Shown here: positions 1 to 13,672 of the stretch, piece by piece
Position numbering within the stretch: the stretch's first letter is position 1
Layout: every line of letters starts with the position of its first letter
Assembly: GCF_006345805.1 (NCBI RefSeq)
Contig: NC_043022.1
Span: forward strand, 13,330,001-13,394,000
Source of the DNA: Octopus sinensis
Taxonomy: Eukaryota
Length of the DNA: 64,000 nt
Direction: 5' to 3'
The notes under the pieces: generated by a model
Database searches by the model: none
The model's input: the letters and a program-made list of their open reading frames with translations, nothing else
What the model was told of the DNA's origin: nothing
Translations under genes and position numbers: made by a program

Positions 1-942
1 GAAGTAGCACGGAACCGAATCAAACTCTTAAATAATAACATGTATACATGTGTGTGTATGTGTATGCGTTCTTACAGAAGAAAGCGATCTAGTGAGCCAT
101 AATAAAAAAAACTGAATTTCGGCTGTTTTAAGCATTGTGGGTTACGAATCTGTAACGTGGTGGTGGTGGTAGCAGCAACTAGGGTTCTTGGTGCACTAGA
201 TAATTTCCTTTATATTATTCTTAGCGTTATATATATATATGCGTATGTTTAGTATGTTTATACAAACACACTTACATTCACACATACATATGTATAAATA
301 TATATATATATACATACATATATATGTATATATATATATATATGTGTATACATACATACATATATCTATCTATCTATCTATATATATATATATATATAAA
401 CTGCAGTTAGTAGCCAATATAAAGCTTATAAACCAAACTACCCGGTTGATACCAGAATTAAATTGATAAATGTAACTACGGAACCTCTTCGAGGTCAGTC
501 GATTCGGAAGAAATAGCAACCAAGTTTCCTTCAATCCACAACACTCCGTCTTACAAAGGAAAGAACACATTGGGCAACGTTGTCTTAAATAAACCCGATT
601 TGAATAAAGGGCTATACGTCTGCTCAATCAAGCCTTTCCTGGGGCTAAACAATATCAACGAATGTGTGTGTACCTCTGTCGATCTCATTTCGTCTGTGCA
701 CATAGATGGATGTGTGTATATGTGTTTGTATTTGTGTGTGTAGATAAAGAGGAAATGAGAGAGAGAGAGGAAGATGACTGTATGTAATTCTTTCATTTAT
801 GCTAGAATTTTGCAGTTGATAAATTGTTTAAAATTACTCTCGAAGTGGTTTAGTTACACTGGATTCAAAATAATATCTATCTATAAATCTATACACGCAC
901 ACGTATAATATATATGTATATATGTACGTATCTATGTGTATA

Positions 943-996
<54 letters not shown>

Positions 997-1142
997 GTAT
1001 GTGTTCCAGGTGTATTTGCTTTCAGTGTGTTTATATACATGGAGAGAGATGGAGAGAGGAGAGAGAGTGAGAGATGTATGTATACGTATGCTCAAATAAA
1101 CCTATACATACACACATGTACACACTGATCCACACAATAGTG

Positions 1143-1223
<81 letters not shown>

Positions 1224-2116
1224 TTATATGCCGCCATCCATGTGTGAGAACTGTGCTAGGTTGTAGCAGCTGGCTCTTAATACTTCTTAGCTGTTAGCTC
1301 GGTCTACCATTAATTGTTGAGAACCATTTAGATAGCTATTTTGCTGCCAGTTAGCATTTATGTACATATGTGGGCTGGCTGATACAACGTCCTTCTCTCT
1401 CTTTCACCCTCTCTCTCTCGTACTCCTTCTCTGTCTTTCACCTCCTCTCTCTCTCTGTCTCCATCTCTACCGTCGCCATTTTCTTCCTTCTTTTTAACGT
1501 TTCTCTCTCTCTATTCTTCTTTAGTTTTTAATTTGTTTTCCTCTTACTTTGGATATAATTACCTGAATGAGAATGATTGAGTTCTATTTTTTAGCATTAT
1601 TATTATTATTATTATTAGTTACATTTATTTCCTTCGTTTTCTTGTTGCTTTCTTCCTAATCCCCAAACACCCCTGTCCCTTATCCCATCATCCTCCATTC
1701 TCCCCCCCCTCCACTCCATCCAATTTTTATTCTTTTTTTATCTTTATTTTTACTTTTATTTCATTTAATCTTATATGTTCCGTTTTCCATTTCGAAATGC
1801 AAGCATGTTTTCTAAACGTGACTTTTTAATCTGATGTGAACTCATACAAAAGACACAAATGGACGTGATGGCAGAAACATTTTTTTACTTTACTCCAAGC
1901 TATTAATATTTTCTCTCGTCTTCCCCTCCTCCCCATCTTCCTTCTTACTCTTTTCCCTCTCTTTCTTTTATCTCTCTCGTCTCCGTCCATCCCTCTTTTG
2001 TTTTTCTCTTATATATCTGCCTCTCTCTTCTACTCGTCTCTATCATCTGTGTCTCTCTCTGTCTTCTACTTGTCTCTCTCTCTCTCTCCGTCTGACTCTC
2101 TTTCGGCTTTTCTATA

Positions 2117-2148
<32 letters not shown>

Positions 2149-2456
2149 CCTTATATCGCCCGTCTGTCTCTCTCTATTGAAGATTTATAGCATTTCACTT
2201 CCTCTCTATTTACCTCTGTCTCTCTCTCTCTCCTATCTGTCCGTCTGTCTCTCTCTATTGAAGGTTATATAGCATTTCACTTCTCTATTTACCTCGTCTC
2301 TATCTCTTTTTCTCCCTCTTTCTTTCTTTCTCTCTCTCTCTCTCTCTCCCTTCAGTTGTTGTAATCCTTTAATTATTCTCCCTGTCTCTCCTTCATTCTG
2401 TCTCTCTTTATTGGAAACCATTACTATTCACCTCTCTCGCTCTGATTCCTTCAGTT

Positions 2457-2490
<34 letters not shown>

Positions 2491-2777
2491 TTCTCTCTTT
2501 TACTCCCCCTCCCTCCCTCCCTTACGCACACAACACAGACCGGTGAAGTTACTGCAGGCTATTTTTACAACTTTCCTCTCTCTCTCCTTATCTTCTCTTC
2601 CATTAATTATTCTGGTTTTCTCTCCTTCCTCCTCGGTTTCGTTTGGAAGCCGTTAGTATTCTCCTCCTCTCTCTCTGTTTTTCTCTCTCTGCCTTGAACA
2701 CATCCACAACATTCTAGAATGGTCGGTTAACTGAAGGTTATGGTATCAATAATACACACAAACAGAGACGACATATC

Positions 2778-2977
2778 ACATACACACACTCATATATATA
2801 TACACACCTATGTGATGCGTATATATTCCTACCACAAAGAAATATACACGCCACATATTTTACATGTACAGACAAACGACATACACACACTCGTATATAT
2901 ATACACACCTATGTGATGCGTATATATTCCTACCACAAAGAAATATACACGCCACATATTTTACATGTACAAACGAC
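2778..2977. repeat. 101-bp tandem duplication
   Basis: cctatgtgatgcg at 2807 and 2908. Confidence 0.85.
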
Positions 2978-3663
2978 ACCGCAAATACTCACACACACAT
3001 ACACACCTGTCTCTCTCACACTTACACATACACACTATTTCTCTCACTCAAACACAAGCATTCCTCTCACACAAAAAGTCAAATAGATCCTTCGTCATTA
3101 TCGACGATGATTATTATAGTTTCTTTTGGAAATAACATACACATTATTTTCCATTGTCCTAAGTTTTCTGTTGTTTTTTTTTTTTACTGAGGATAAATAA
3201 CACAGCTAGAAAACGAAAACGAAAACGGAAACATTATTTCATTTCAGACTTATTTTGCATCAGTCATTTGGAGTTTATGGTTCTTACTCTGAGGATAATT
3301 ACCATTAGTATTTTGGCTGCTATTCATTGTATACAGCAGTGATTCTCAACCATTTTTTTTTTTTTGGCCCGTGGACCCTGCTCTCCCCTTGATCCCTGTT
3401 TTACTCGGATGGATCCTCAAAGCCAATTCTGATTTTTAAAATATCCATTTTTTTTCTTCTTTTACTTGTTTCAGTCATTGGACTGCCGCCAAGTTAGGGT
3501 ATTATCACCTTTAATTTTCAGTCGAATGAATCGACACCAGTGTTATTTTCTTTAAGCCTGGTACGTTTTGTATCGATCGCTTTTGCTAAACTGTTAAGTT
3601 ACGTGGACGTAAACAAACATTGGTTGTCAAGCGGTGGAGGCGAATTAGCACAGACACAAACAC

Positions 3664-3912
3664 GGTACTATTTAAGAAGAGTAGTCCCGGTGCGCGCACT
3701 CGCATATTCGCGCATCCGTGCTAGCTAGTCGTGACTTGTCGATCCTACAACGACTACCTAAATAAAACACAAAATAAATAATTTTTTTACACGAAGTAAA
3801 TAATTTTTGTTAAACAAAGTAAATAAAACACACAAACACAAAGTAAGGATCGACTAGTCACGACTAGCTAGCGCGAGTGCGCGCACCAGGTTCACTCTTC
3901 TTAAATAGTACC
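3664..3912. mobile_element. Mutator-like MITE with long TIRs and 9-bp TSD CACAAACAC
   Basis: TIRs start GGTACTATTTAAGAAGAG; TSD at 3655-3663 and 3913-3921; inserted in a SINE. Confidence 0.8.
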
Positions 3913-4200
3913 CACAAACACACACACAATAGTTATTAAATGGGCTAGATAACATCCGTGCTACATATGTTTCGTAACTATTGTATTCTTATTCGCACAC
4001 CTGGCAACCCAGGTCGTCTATCGGGAAATATAAAAAGAAATTTTTTTCAATTTATCGTATTTCGATACAAAAAAAAAATCCACGTCCTTCCGACTCAATA
4101 AACTTCTGTTGTCACTGAAAGTTGTTTTTTATATTTACCACGGATTGCTTGAAGCTAACTTTCTTTCTACATCTCGATCCCTGGATCTTACATTTATATA

Positions 4201-4618
4201 TATCTTTCTTTACTACCCACAAGGGGCTAAACACAGAGAGGACAAACAATGACAGACAAACAGATTAAGTCGATTATATCGACCCCAGTACGTAACTGGT
4301 ACTTATTTAATCGACCCCGAAAGGATGAAAGGCAAAGTCGACCTCTGCGGAATTTGAACTCAGAACGTAGCGGCAGACGAAATACCTATTTCTTTACTAT
4401 CCACAAGGGGCTAAACACAGAGGGGACAAACAATGACAGACAAACAGATTAAGTCGATTATATCGACTCCAGTACGTAACTGGTACTTATTTAATCGACC
4501 CCGAAAGGATGAAAGGCAAAGTCGACCTCGGCGGAATTTGAACTCAGAACGTAGCGGCAGACGAAATACCGATAAGCATTTCGCCCGGCGGGCTAACGGT
4601 TCTGCCAGCTCGCCGCCT
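4201..4618 (-). mobile_element. SINE of the ggcggcgagctggcagaa family with a 184-bp internal tandem duplication
   Basis: Units offset by 184 nt (4249 vs 4433); other copies near 35840-36180, 36540-36860, 54232-54430, 57750-57950, 63582-63811. Confidence 0.75.
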
Positions 4619-4639
4619 TTTATATATATATATTTGTGT

Positions 4640-4744
<105 letters not shown>

Positions 4745-5188
4745 ACGACGGGCATATTTCAGTTTCCGTTTACCAAACCCACTCACAAGGCTTTGGTTGA
4801 CCCGAGGTTGTAGTAAAAGACACTCGCCCAAGGTGTCATGCAGTGGGACTGAACCCAGAACCATGTGATTGGTAAGGAAGCTTCTAACCACACAATAATG
4901 CCCACACATATTTTCGTGATTAAATACGATTAGGAACTGTATCAAAATATCTTGAGTATTGTAGAAGTATAACGAATTTACCACTCCTTTACTTGTTTCA
5001 GTCGTTTGACTGTGTCCATGCTGGAGCGGTTCAGCAAAAGAGACTGACAGAATCAGTGCCAGATGTGAAAAGTAAGTACTGGCGGTGGGGTGGGGTGGGG
5101 TGGGGGTCGATTTGTTCGACTAAAACCTTTCAATGGCCGCAGTTCAACGACTGAAACCAATTAAAGCAATTGTTTCGATATTCTCCAT

Positions 5189-5532
5189 CCGGGACCCCCT
5201 TCGGTCACGACACTGACCATGGGATTGCACCTAGAAAGTTACCCTCCTAGTCACAAGTCTGGGCATGGTTGTTTATGGAAGACCAGCAGTCGCCCATGCA
5301 TACCGGCTTCCCCTCTCCACACCACTGATGTTATCCAAGGGAAAAGCAAAGGGGCCGATACAGCTTGGCACCTGTGACGTCGCAACTCATTTCTATAGCT
5401 GAGTGAAACTGGAGCAACGTGAAATAAAGTGTCTTGCTCAAGAACACAACACGCAGCCCGGTCCGGGATTCGAGCTCACAACCTCACGATCGTAAGCTCG
5501 ACGCTCTAACCACTGAGCCATACGCCTTCATG
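5189..5532 (-). mobile_element. Same SINE family as 60157, opposite strand
   Basis: The reverse complement aligns with 60157-60501; flanking 10-bp repeat TATTCTCCAT. Confidence 0.8.
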
Positions 5533-6335
5533 TATTCTCCATAGAACTATTTAAATGTGGCACATTTTCATCGTCAATTGCCGTCGTCGCAATCGCCATC
5601 ATTATCAGCAGCAGCAGTAGTAGCACCAGCAGCAGCCACATGATCCCCGCCATCATCGTCATCGCCACCATAATCTCATCATCATCATCATCATCATCAA
5701 CAACAACAGCAGCAGCAACAGCAACAACAATGGCAACCACGTTTCCCTTTCCCAATTTAAGTGCCTCATACCGGAGATTGTTTCTTTCATGAGAGAATTA
5801 CACCTAATAATTTTGAATTCCGGTTCATTTGGAAGCAATTCTGTTGGCACTTACTGACACCAGGTTCCTCACACCCGTTTACCTTATTCTGGCTCCTCCC
5901 ACTTAACGCAGCAGACTTTGGGAAGTATTTTATCTTAAATTTAATTCCCAGCTCAGGGATTCTAACACAGTAGAGAAGGTATGAAAGAGGGCGAGGGGGC
6001 CGCCTCACCCCAAGCGACGATTTTATTGGGACAGCGCTTCTGGGTCGGCTGTATAAGTTTGTAAAGGCTTGGCGGTCCAGGGTGGGTCGGGGGAACTCAA
6101 GGGTTGATTCGGGAAGTATGATCCGAGTGGTATGTACTCTTACTGTGCCACTGTCCTAACACCACTACTTTCTATCTAGCCATATAATTTTACTTCTATC
6201 GAACCATTTTATGAAATGTTAAAATTGTTTTCATTTTTGTTGCAACATTAGGTGAATCACAATTTAATTATAAGGAATCACAGAAAAATGAAAAAAAAAA
6301 GTGGGGAATTAAGTCAACAGAAGATGAGATAGGGG

Positions 6336-6645
6336 ATGTTACCCCACCCTCCATATTCACCAGATATTGCTCCTTTGGATTTCCACTTATTCAGGTCTCT
6401 GCAGAATAGTCTTAATGGTAAAAATTTTAATTCCTTGGGTGACGTAAAAAGATACCTTGATGAATTATTTGCCATGAAACCCCCTTAATTGTGGGAAGAG
6501 GGTATTTTCAAGTTAAAGGAAAGATGGAGACGCATTGTGCAACAAAATGGTTCATATTTGGTTGATTAAAAATGTAATGGCCAGTATTTATTGACCTTTT
6601 TCTTTCCTTTAAAAATCCGGCACGAACTTTCCGGACAACCCAATA
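6336..6645 (+). mobile_element. Mariner transposon 3' relic with right TIR
   Basis: MLPHPPYSPDIAPLDFHLFRSLQNSLNGK...RW...NGSY (YSPDLAP..D motif), one in-frame stop; TIR ends ...caacccaata. Confidence 0.9.
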
Positions 6646-7978
6646 GTAGACACTTGTTCAGGGTGCCGCGCAGCAGTACTGAACACAAGACCAAGTGGTT
6701 TGAGAAGCACGCTTTCTTAGTCACACACCCCCTTTAAAATTCGGCACGAACTTTCCGGACAACCCAATAGTAGACACTTGTTCAGGGTGCCGCGCAGCAG
6801 TATTGAACACAAGACCAAGTGGTTTGAGAAGCACGCTTTCTTAGTCACACACCCACTTCACATACTAAGTTCCAATTTCGTTAGGGCTGACTTTCCCCGT
6901 TTATTAACTCCATGGTTCGATGAAAAGAAGTATCTCTGAAGTGTAATATTAAAGGTTGATATTAAATCGTTAAATCGTCTGCACAACCTCTTCCGTCATT
7001 TCTGCCTCCGTGGCTAAGTTGGAAATCATTAAATCATTGAAATACTACTACTACTGCTGCTGATGTTGTTGATGTTGTTGTGAGAGATGTGTAGCTTACT
7101 ATCCAACGGTGGAATCAATATTGTTGGATTCAGTGGAACAGCAAAACAAAAGAAATGATACGATATGAGGAATCCTGAGCTGAACAAATTCCATTCTTTG
7201 TGCCTGAAACGGAATACAATACGCTGCGCACGCGCGCGTTGTGTGTGTGTGTGTACGTGCGCGCGCATGTGTGTGTCTGTGTGTCTTCAGCTGTGTCGTC
7301 GTATCTATATTCATGACTTGGTTGATAAGAAAAAGCTGCAGTAAATCAAAACAAAAATAAGAAAAGAAATGAAAATGATAATATAAAAAAAACCTGAGCT
7401 TTTTCTTTTTTTTTTCACCCTTTTTTGCGGGGTGGGGTCCTATTCGTTTTCTTTCTTCAGTAAGTTTTTTTTCTTTCATTTTTTTCTTTCCGAATCTTTC
7501 ATAAATATTTCAGTAATCTTCACTGGAGAAGGAGAAATATTGAAGAAGAAGAAGAAGAAGAAGAAAAGAAGGAAGGAGAAAGAGAGAAGCTTCCGTTATC
7601 TTTACTGACTTCCTTTATTGAAAATATTAGTCATTCATGGGAATTAAGTCCATATATCGTAGGCGGGTTCCGCCGGACTATTTCTTCAAAAGGAACCTTT
7701 CATAATACCACCGTTCAATGTTTTCTTCAGGCGAGATTCATTCGGTCTCTATTCTCTAAATATTGTATCTCTAATTACCTGAATAGAACGTTATTTTCTT
7801 CTGCAGATATTGTCATTGTTGTTATTAATTTATGGTTTTTTTCTCTCCTCGTTATTTGAAAATATCTTTCATAAATTGGAGAATAACTGTGTGGGCAATA
7901 TTCCGGTTTGTTTTCAACTTATTCCTAAATACCATAATGCATACCCACAACACACACATTATATATAAGTATACTTAC

Positions 7979-8010
<32 letters not shown>

Positions 8011-8483
8011 AGCAAAACACCCCCCCCCCCCGTCCGATGGACGGCGCTGAGTTGTCAAAACATTTAATTCAAATTTTCAAAAACAACTTGTCCGACCGTC
8101 CCATAGGCCTCTTCTTTGAGAAAGAACTGATTAACCTAATAATGAGGACAGCAACCCAGAGGAAAAGAAGAAATAAAGATAGACTTTTTTTCTATTTCAA
8201 AGAAAGACGATTTTATTTCACTTTATCGATCGCATTCTCACCTGGGATCGATTTTTTTTGTAATTTTTGAAGACTTATACACGCCCTGATACCGTCAGTA
8301 TCTACATATCAAATTTGAGCGCAGTCGGATGGAGGATGCCCGAGATCCTAGAAGACACACATACAGACAGAACGGATTTTATTTAATATATATATATATA
8401 TGAGGGAGAGTGGGGCATGGAGATACAAATCCAAAGTAGTGGAAATGGTTTAAAGGAACATCATGCCGTAATATATATATATA

Positions 8484-8648
8484 GGCGCAGGAGTTGCTGT
8501 GTGGTAAGTAGCTTGCTAACCAACCACATGGTTCCAGGTTCAGTCCCACTGCGTGGTATCTTGGGCAAGTGTCTTCTGCTATAGCCCCAGGCCGACCAAT
8601 GCCCTGTGAGTGGATTTGGTAGACGGGAAATGAAAGAAGCCTGTCGTA

Positions 8649-8695
<47 letters not shown>

Positions 8696-8917
8696 GTGTC
8701 TGTTGTGTGTCTGTGTTTGTCCCCCTAGCATTGCTTGACAACCGATGCTGGTGTGTTACGCCCCGTCACTTAGCGGTTCGGCAAAAGAGACCGTAGATAA
8801 GTACTGGCTTACACAAAGAATAAGTCCGGGGTCGATTTGCTCGACTAAAGCGGTGCTCCAGCATAGCCGCAGTCAAATCACGAAAACAAGTAAAAGAGAA
8901 TAAAAGAGAAAAAGAGA
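8484..8917 (+). mobile_element. Abundant cephalopod-type SINE (ggcgtaggagtggctgtgtgg head, internal microsatellite, gtaaaagag tail)
   Basis: Further copies at approx. 22016-22424(-), 24950-25318(-, two tandem partial), 49367-49743(-), 51019-51361(+), 52086-52458(+), 54551-55180(+), 57338-57730(-), 61562-61950(-). Confidence 0.8.
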
Positions 8918-9018
8918 ATATATATAAAGATAGGTTTGGTCAAACGAATCAGTGGATGCTTTAGATATATCGATATTTCTGTTTCTAACTGATGGGTATT
9001 TTGAAGATTTGCTGAGAA

Positions 9019-9118
9019 NNNNNNNNNNNNNNNNNNNNNNNNNNNNNNNNNNNNNNNNNNNNNNNNNNNNNNNNNNNNNNNNNNNNNNNNNNNNNNNNNN
9101 NNNNNNNNNNNNNNNNNN
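9019..9118. other. Assembly gap (100 N)
   Basis: Run of N directly upstream of the GALNT7-like frame. Confidence 1.
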
Positions 9119-9120
9119 TG

Positions 9121-10029
9121 GAATGGGGATTCTTGTATAAAGAAAGCAAAGTTCCGCAGAAGGAATTGGACAAACGCACTCACAACAGCGAACCATATTG
9201 GTCTCCCACACACGCAGGGGGACTGTTTGCCATTGACAGAAAATATTTTTTTGAATTGGGAGGATACGATCCTGGTCTACAGATTTGGGGTGGGGAAAAC
9301 TTCGAGTTGTCTTTCAAAATATGGATGTGTGGGGGTAGCATTGAATGGGTCCCTTGCTCCCGTGTCGGACACGTATACAGGAATTATATGCCATATGGAT
9401 TTGGGAAAATTACCAGCAAAATACCCATCGTCCTCCTCAATTATATGCGTGTGGTGGAAGTGTGGTTAGACGAGGATTTCAAACAATATTTCTACCGACG
9501 TGAACCTTCAGTTGAAGGTTACCCAGTTACTAATATTAGCGACCAGTTAACATTTAAAAAAGAACACAAATGCAAAAGCTTCAGTTGGTTTATGGATAAC
9601 ATTGCCTACGAAGTCTACGATAAATTCCCACCGCCACCGGAAAACAAGGCTTGGGGTGAAATTCATTTGAAGTCTGGGGGTAGCCTGTGCTGGGACACCT
9701 ACGGGCAACCACCGGGTGGCGGCCCTATTGGAGTGAGTGGCTGTCATCACTTCGGTGGTAACCAGTTGTTTAGACTTAATGTACAGGGCCAAATGGCCAT
9801 GGGGGAACGATGCATCGACTCTGGGAACGGTGACACACTACACGTCCAGTTCTGCGACATCCAACCGAACGGACCGTGGAGCTGGGATGAGAAAACTGGA
9901 CTAATTATGAACAAGAATCGTAACAGTTGCGTGGAGTCTGGCCACGACAGCCGGCTTCACCTGAAAACTTGCAACGAACAGGTTGCCAATCAACAATGGA
10001 TTATAAAAATGATTTGGTCGTGGAAATAA
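9121..10029 (+). CDS. GALNT7: Polypeptide N-acetylgalactosaminyltransferase 7-like (GalNAc-T7/pgant7), C-terminal ~300 aa in one uninterrupted exon; 5' end in assembly gap
   Basis: Frame from 9121 reads EWGFLYKE...PTHAGGLFAIDR...GGYDPGLQIWGGENFELSFKIWMCGGSIEWVPCSRVGH (Gal/GalNAc-T motif; PTHAGG is typical of the T7 subfamily), then a ricin-B lectin domain (CWD, QLF, QQW). Stop TAA at 10027-10029. Confidence 0.93.
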   Translation, partial: EWGFLYKESKVPQKELDKRTHNSEPYWSPTHAGGLFAIDRKYFFELGGYDPGLQIWGGENFELSFKIWMCGGSIEWVPCSRVGHVYRNYMPYGFGKITSKIPIVLLNYMRVVEVWLDEDFKQYFYRREPSVEGYPVTNISDQLTFKKEHKCKSFSWFMDNIAYEVYDKFPPPPENKAWGEIHLKSGGSLCWDTYGQPPGGGPIGVSGCHHFGGNQLFRLNVQGQMAMGERCIDSGNGDTLHVQFCDIQPNGPWSWDEKTGLIMNKNRNSCVESGHDSRLHLKTCNEQVANQQWIIKMIWSWK

Positions 10030-10365
10030 TTTTTTTTTTTTTTTTAAACCAGAACCCCTCATCTTTGATCATATCATTTCATATATTACAACCACCAAAC
10101 CTCTCTGGGTCATCATACATAAATGTTCGGAATGAAACAAATTTACAGAGGGTCCAGTCTTTAGACTGTCCTCAGCCACTTCTTTCGTATCCTGTGGTAT
10201 GTTAAACAATTATTATTTACGAATCATTTGTTATTTCTTTTATTTTTATTAATTATTTTTGCCGATTCATCATCTCCCAGTGTGTACACATAGGAAGAAT
10301 AATTCTACACACCCAAAAACAAAATAGACAGAAAAAAGCAATGAATCTGGCTTAAAGCCAAGAGA

Positions 10366-10371
10366 AATAAA
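10366..10371 (+). promoter_or_regulatory. Possible polyadenylation signal for the GALNT7-like gene
   Basis: AATAAA ~340 nt after the stop; weak evidence in AT-rich DNA. Confidence 0.3.
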
Positions 10372-10698
10372 TACAAATTTCATCTTTGTGAAGAATTGTG
10401 AAAATATTTTAAGTAAAAAAAATATCAAAACAGAAAAACGTCGACCTCAACTAAGGCGCCAGACAAATCAAATCCTTGGATTCGATCCTTCGACCCAGTG
10501 GTCACGAAGTAAACGTTTTTTTTTTTCTTCTCTCTATTTCTTTATGTTATTTATTACAGCTGGATCAGTTTTCCCTGCTCTTCTTTCTCACGTCCCTCCA
10601 TGACCTCCACCATACAATAATATACACACACCCCTTCAACAACGTATACAAACAAACACTATCCAGTGTGTATACGTTGCATATCTGCGCATTGCAAA

Positions 10699-10743
<45 letters not shown>

Positions 10744-10786
10744 TGGTTGTATAATGTCAACAGAACGTGACAGTCCCATAAAGGGG

Positions 10787-10827
<41 letters not shown>

Positions 10828-10846
10828 GGTATATATGTATGTATAT

Positions 10847-10891
<45 letters not shown>

Positions 10892-11019
10892 TGTTTGTAC
10901 TGCTGTTTCCAATGTTTATTTTTCGTTTTAAACATCTGGTCTTTTTTTCCTTTCTAATCACATTAGTCTCTAATCCGGTTCTCCTACAATTACTGCTTTT
11001 AGTCCGGCAACGAAAATAA

Positions 11020-11038
11020 CTAAAACATTTTATGTTAG

Positions 11039-11071
<33 letters not shown>

Positions 11072-11120
11072 GGATATATAGATATATTGTATATATGTTA
11101 TAATGATTATGTTTATATAG

Positions 11121-11166
<46 letters not shown>

Positions 11167-11175
11167 TATAATATG

Positions 11176-11264
<89 letters not shown>

Positions 11265-11265
11265 T

Positions 11266-11300
<35 letters not shown>

Positions 11301-11438
11301 TATATATATATGTATATAATCTATATTATATATATATTATATATATACATATATATATTATATATATATATATTATATATATATACATATTATATATACA
11401 TATAATAATATATATATATATATATATATATATCTATA

Positions 11439-11477
<39 letters not shown>

Positions 11478-11536
11478 TATAATATATATAATACTATATA
11501 TATATACTATACATACTATATATATTATATATAATA

Positions 11537-11588
<52 letters not shown>

Positions 11589-12522
11589 AACATATACATA
11601 TATATATACATATACATATATATATATATATATATATACATTATATATACATATATATATACATATACATATATATATAAATATACATATATATATACAT
11701 ATATATATACATATACATATTATATACATATATATATACATATAATATATATATACATATACAATATATATTACATATACATATATATATACATATATAT
11801 ATACATATACATATATATATACATATAATATACAATACAATAATATATATAGGAATAAAAAAATGTAGTTAACGTAGGTTTAAACAAGTATTTTTTCTTT
11901 CTAATATATTTAAAAAATTCCACTGATACTATTCAAAAGAATAAAAGGTATAAACAATGCAATCTTCTTTCGAAGATGCATTGTTTATACCTTTTATTCT
12001 TTTGAATAAGTATCAGTTGGAATTTTTGAAACATATTAGAAAGAAAAAATACTTGTTAAACCTGCGTATAACTCCATTTTTTATTCCTATATATATATAT
12101 GTATATGTATATGTATATATATATGTATATATATATGTATATGTATATATATATGTATATTATATATATAGTATATATATATGTATATGTATATAATAAT
12201 ATATATATATATATATATATATGATATATATATATATATATAGTATATAATATATAATATGTATATAGATATATATATAATATTATTATATATGTATTAT
12301 ATATATGTATATATATATATATAATATAATATATATATATATATATATATATCTATATATATGTATATATGTATATGTATATATGTATGTGTATATGTAT
12401 ATATGTATATGTATATATGTATATATATATATGTATATGATATATATGTAGATATATATATGTATTATGGTATATTGTATAATATATCATTTATATATAT
12501 ATTATATATATATATATATAAT

Positions 12523-12558
<36 letters not shown>

Positions 12559-12799
12559 TATATATGTATTATATATATATATATCAGTATATGTATATAT
12601 ATATATGATATGTATATATATATATAATGTATATGTATAATAATATATATATATGTATACATATATCTATATAGATATGTATATATATATATAATATATG
12701 CTATATATATATATGTATATGTATATATGTATATATTATATATATGATATATTACTATAATATATATATGTATATGTATATATATATATGTATATATAC

Positions 12800-12843
<44 letters not shown>

Positions 12844-12866
12844 ATATATATGTATATATATGTATA

Positions 12867-12908
<42 letters not shown>

Positions 12909-12975
12909 ATGTATATATATATATATGTATATATATATGTATATATATGTATTATAATATAATATATATAATATG

Positions 12976-13006
<31 letters not shown>

Positions 13007-13331
13007 GTATATATATATATTATATATGTGTAATATATATATTATATATATATATATGTATATATATGTGTATATATATATATATATTATATATATATAT
13101 GTGTGTAATATGTGTATTATATATATTATTATGTGTATATATGTGTATATATATATATATATATATAATATATATGTATATATATGTGTATATATATATA
13201 TATATGTATATATAGTGTGTATATATACATATATATATATAATATATATATGTATATATATGTGTATATATATATATATATGTGTATATATAGTGTTATA
13301 TATAGATAGATATATATATATGTATATAGTG

Positions 13332-13362
<31 letters not shown>

Positions 13363-13366
13363 TGTA

Positions 13367-13397
<31 letters not shown>

Positions 13398-13477
13398 GTA
13401 TATAGTATAGTGTAATATATATATATATATATGTATACATATGTGTTATATATATAATATATATATATATATATGTG

Positions 13478-13508
<31 letters not shown>

Positions 13509-13621
13509 GTATTATATATGTGTATTATATATATAATATGTGTGTATATATTATATGTATATATATGTGTGTATATATATATATATATATGTGTGTATAT
13601 ATATATATGTATATATATGTG

Positions 13622-13672
<51 letters not shown>

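Noticed and set aside
5528-5755. ORF with poly-Asp/Leu/Ala tracts
   Set aside because: It is mixed CAG/CAT/CAA triplet microsatellite with no splice or homology support.
8873-9213. ORFs running through X residues
   Set aside because: They are artefacts of the 100-N gap.
9121-10029. GALNT7 nested inside a FARSB intron
   Set aside because: FARSB ends at 40636, about 30 kb away.
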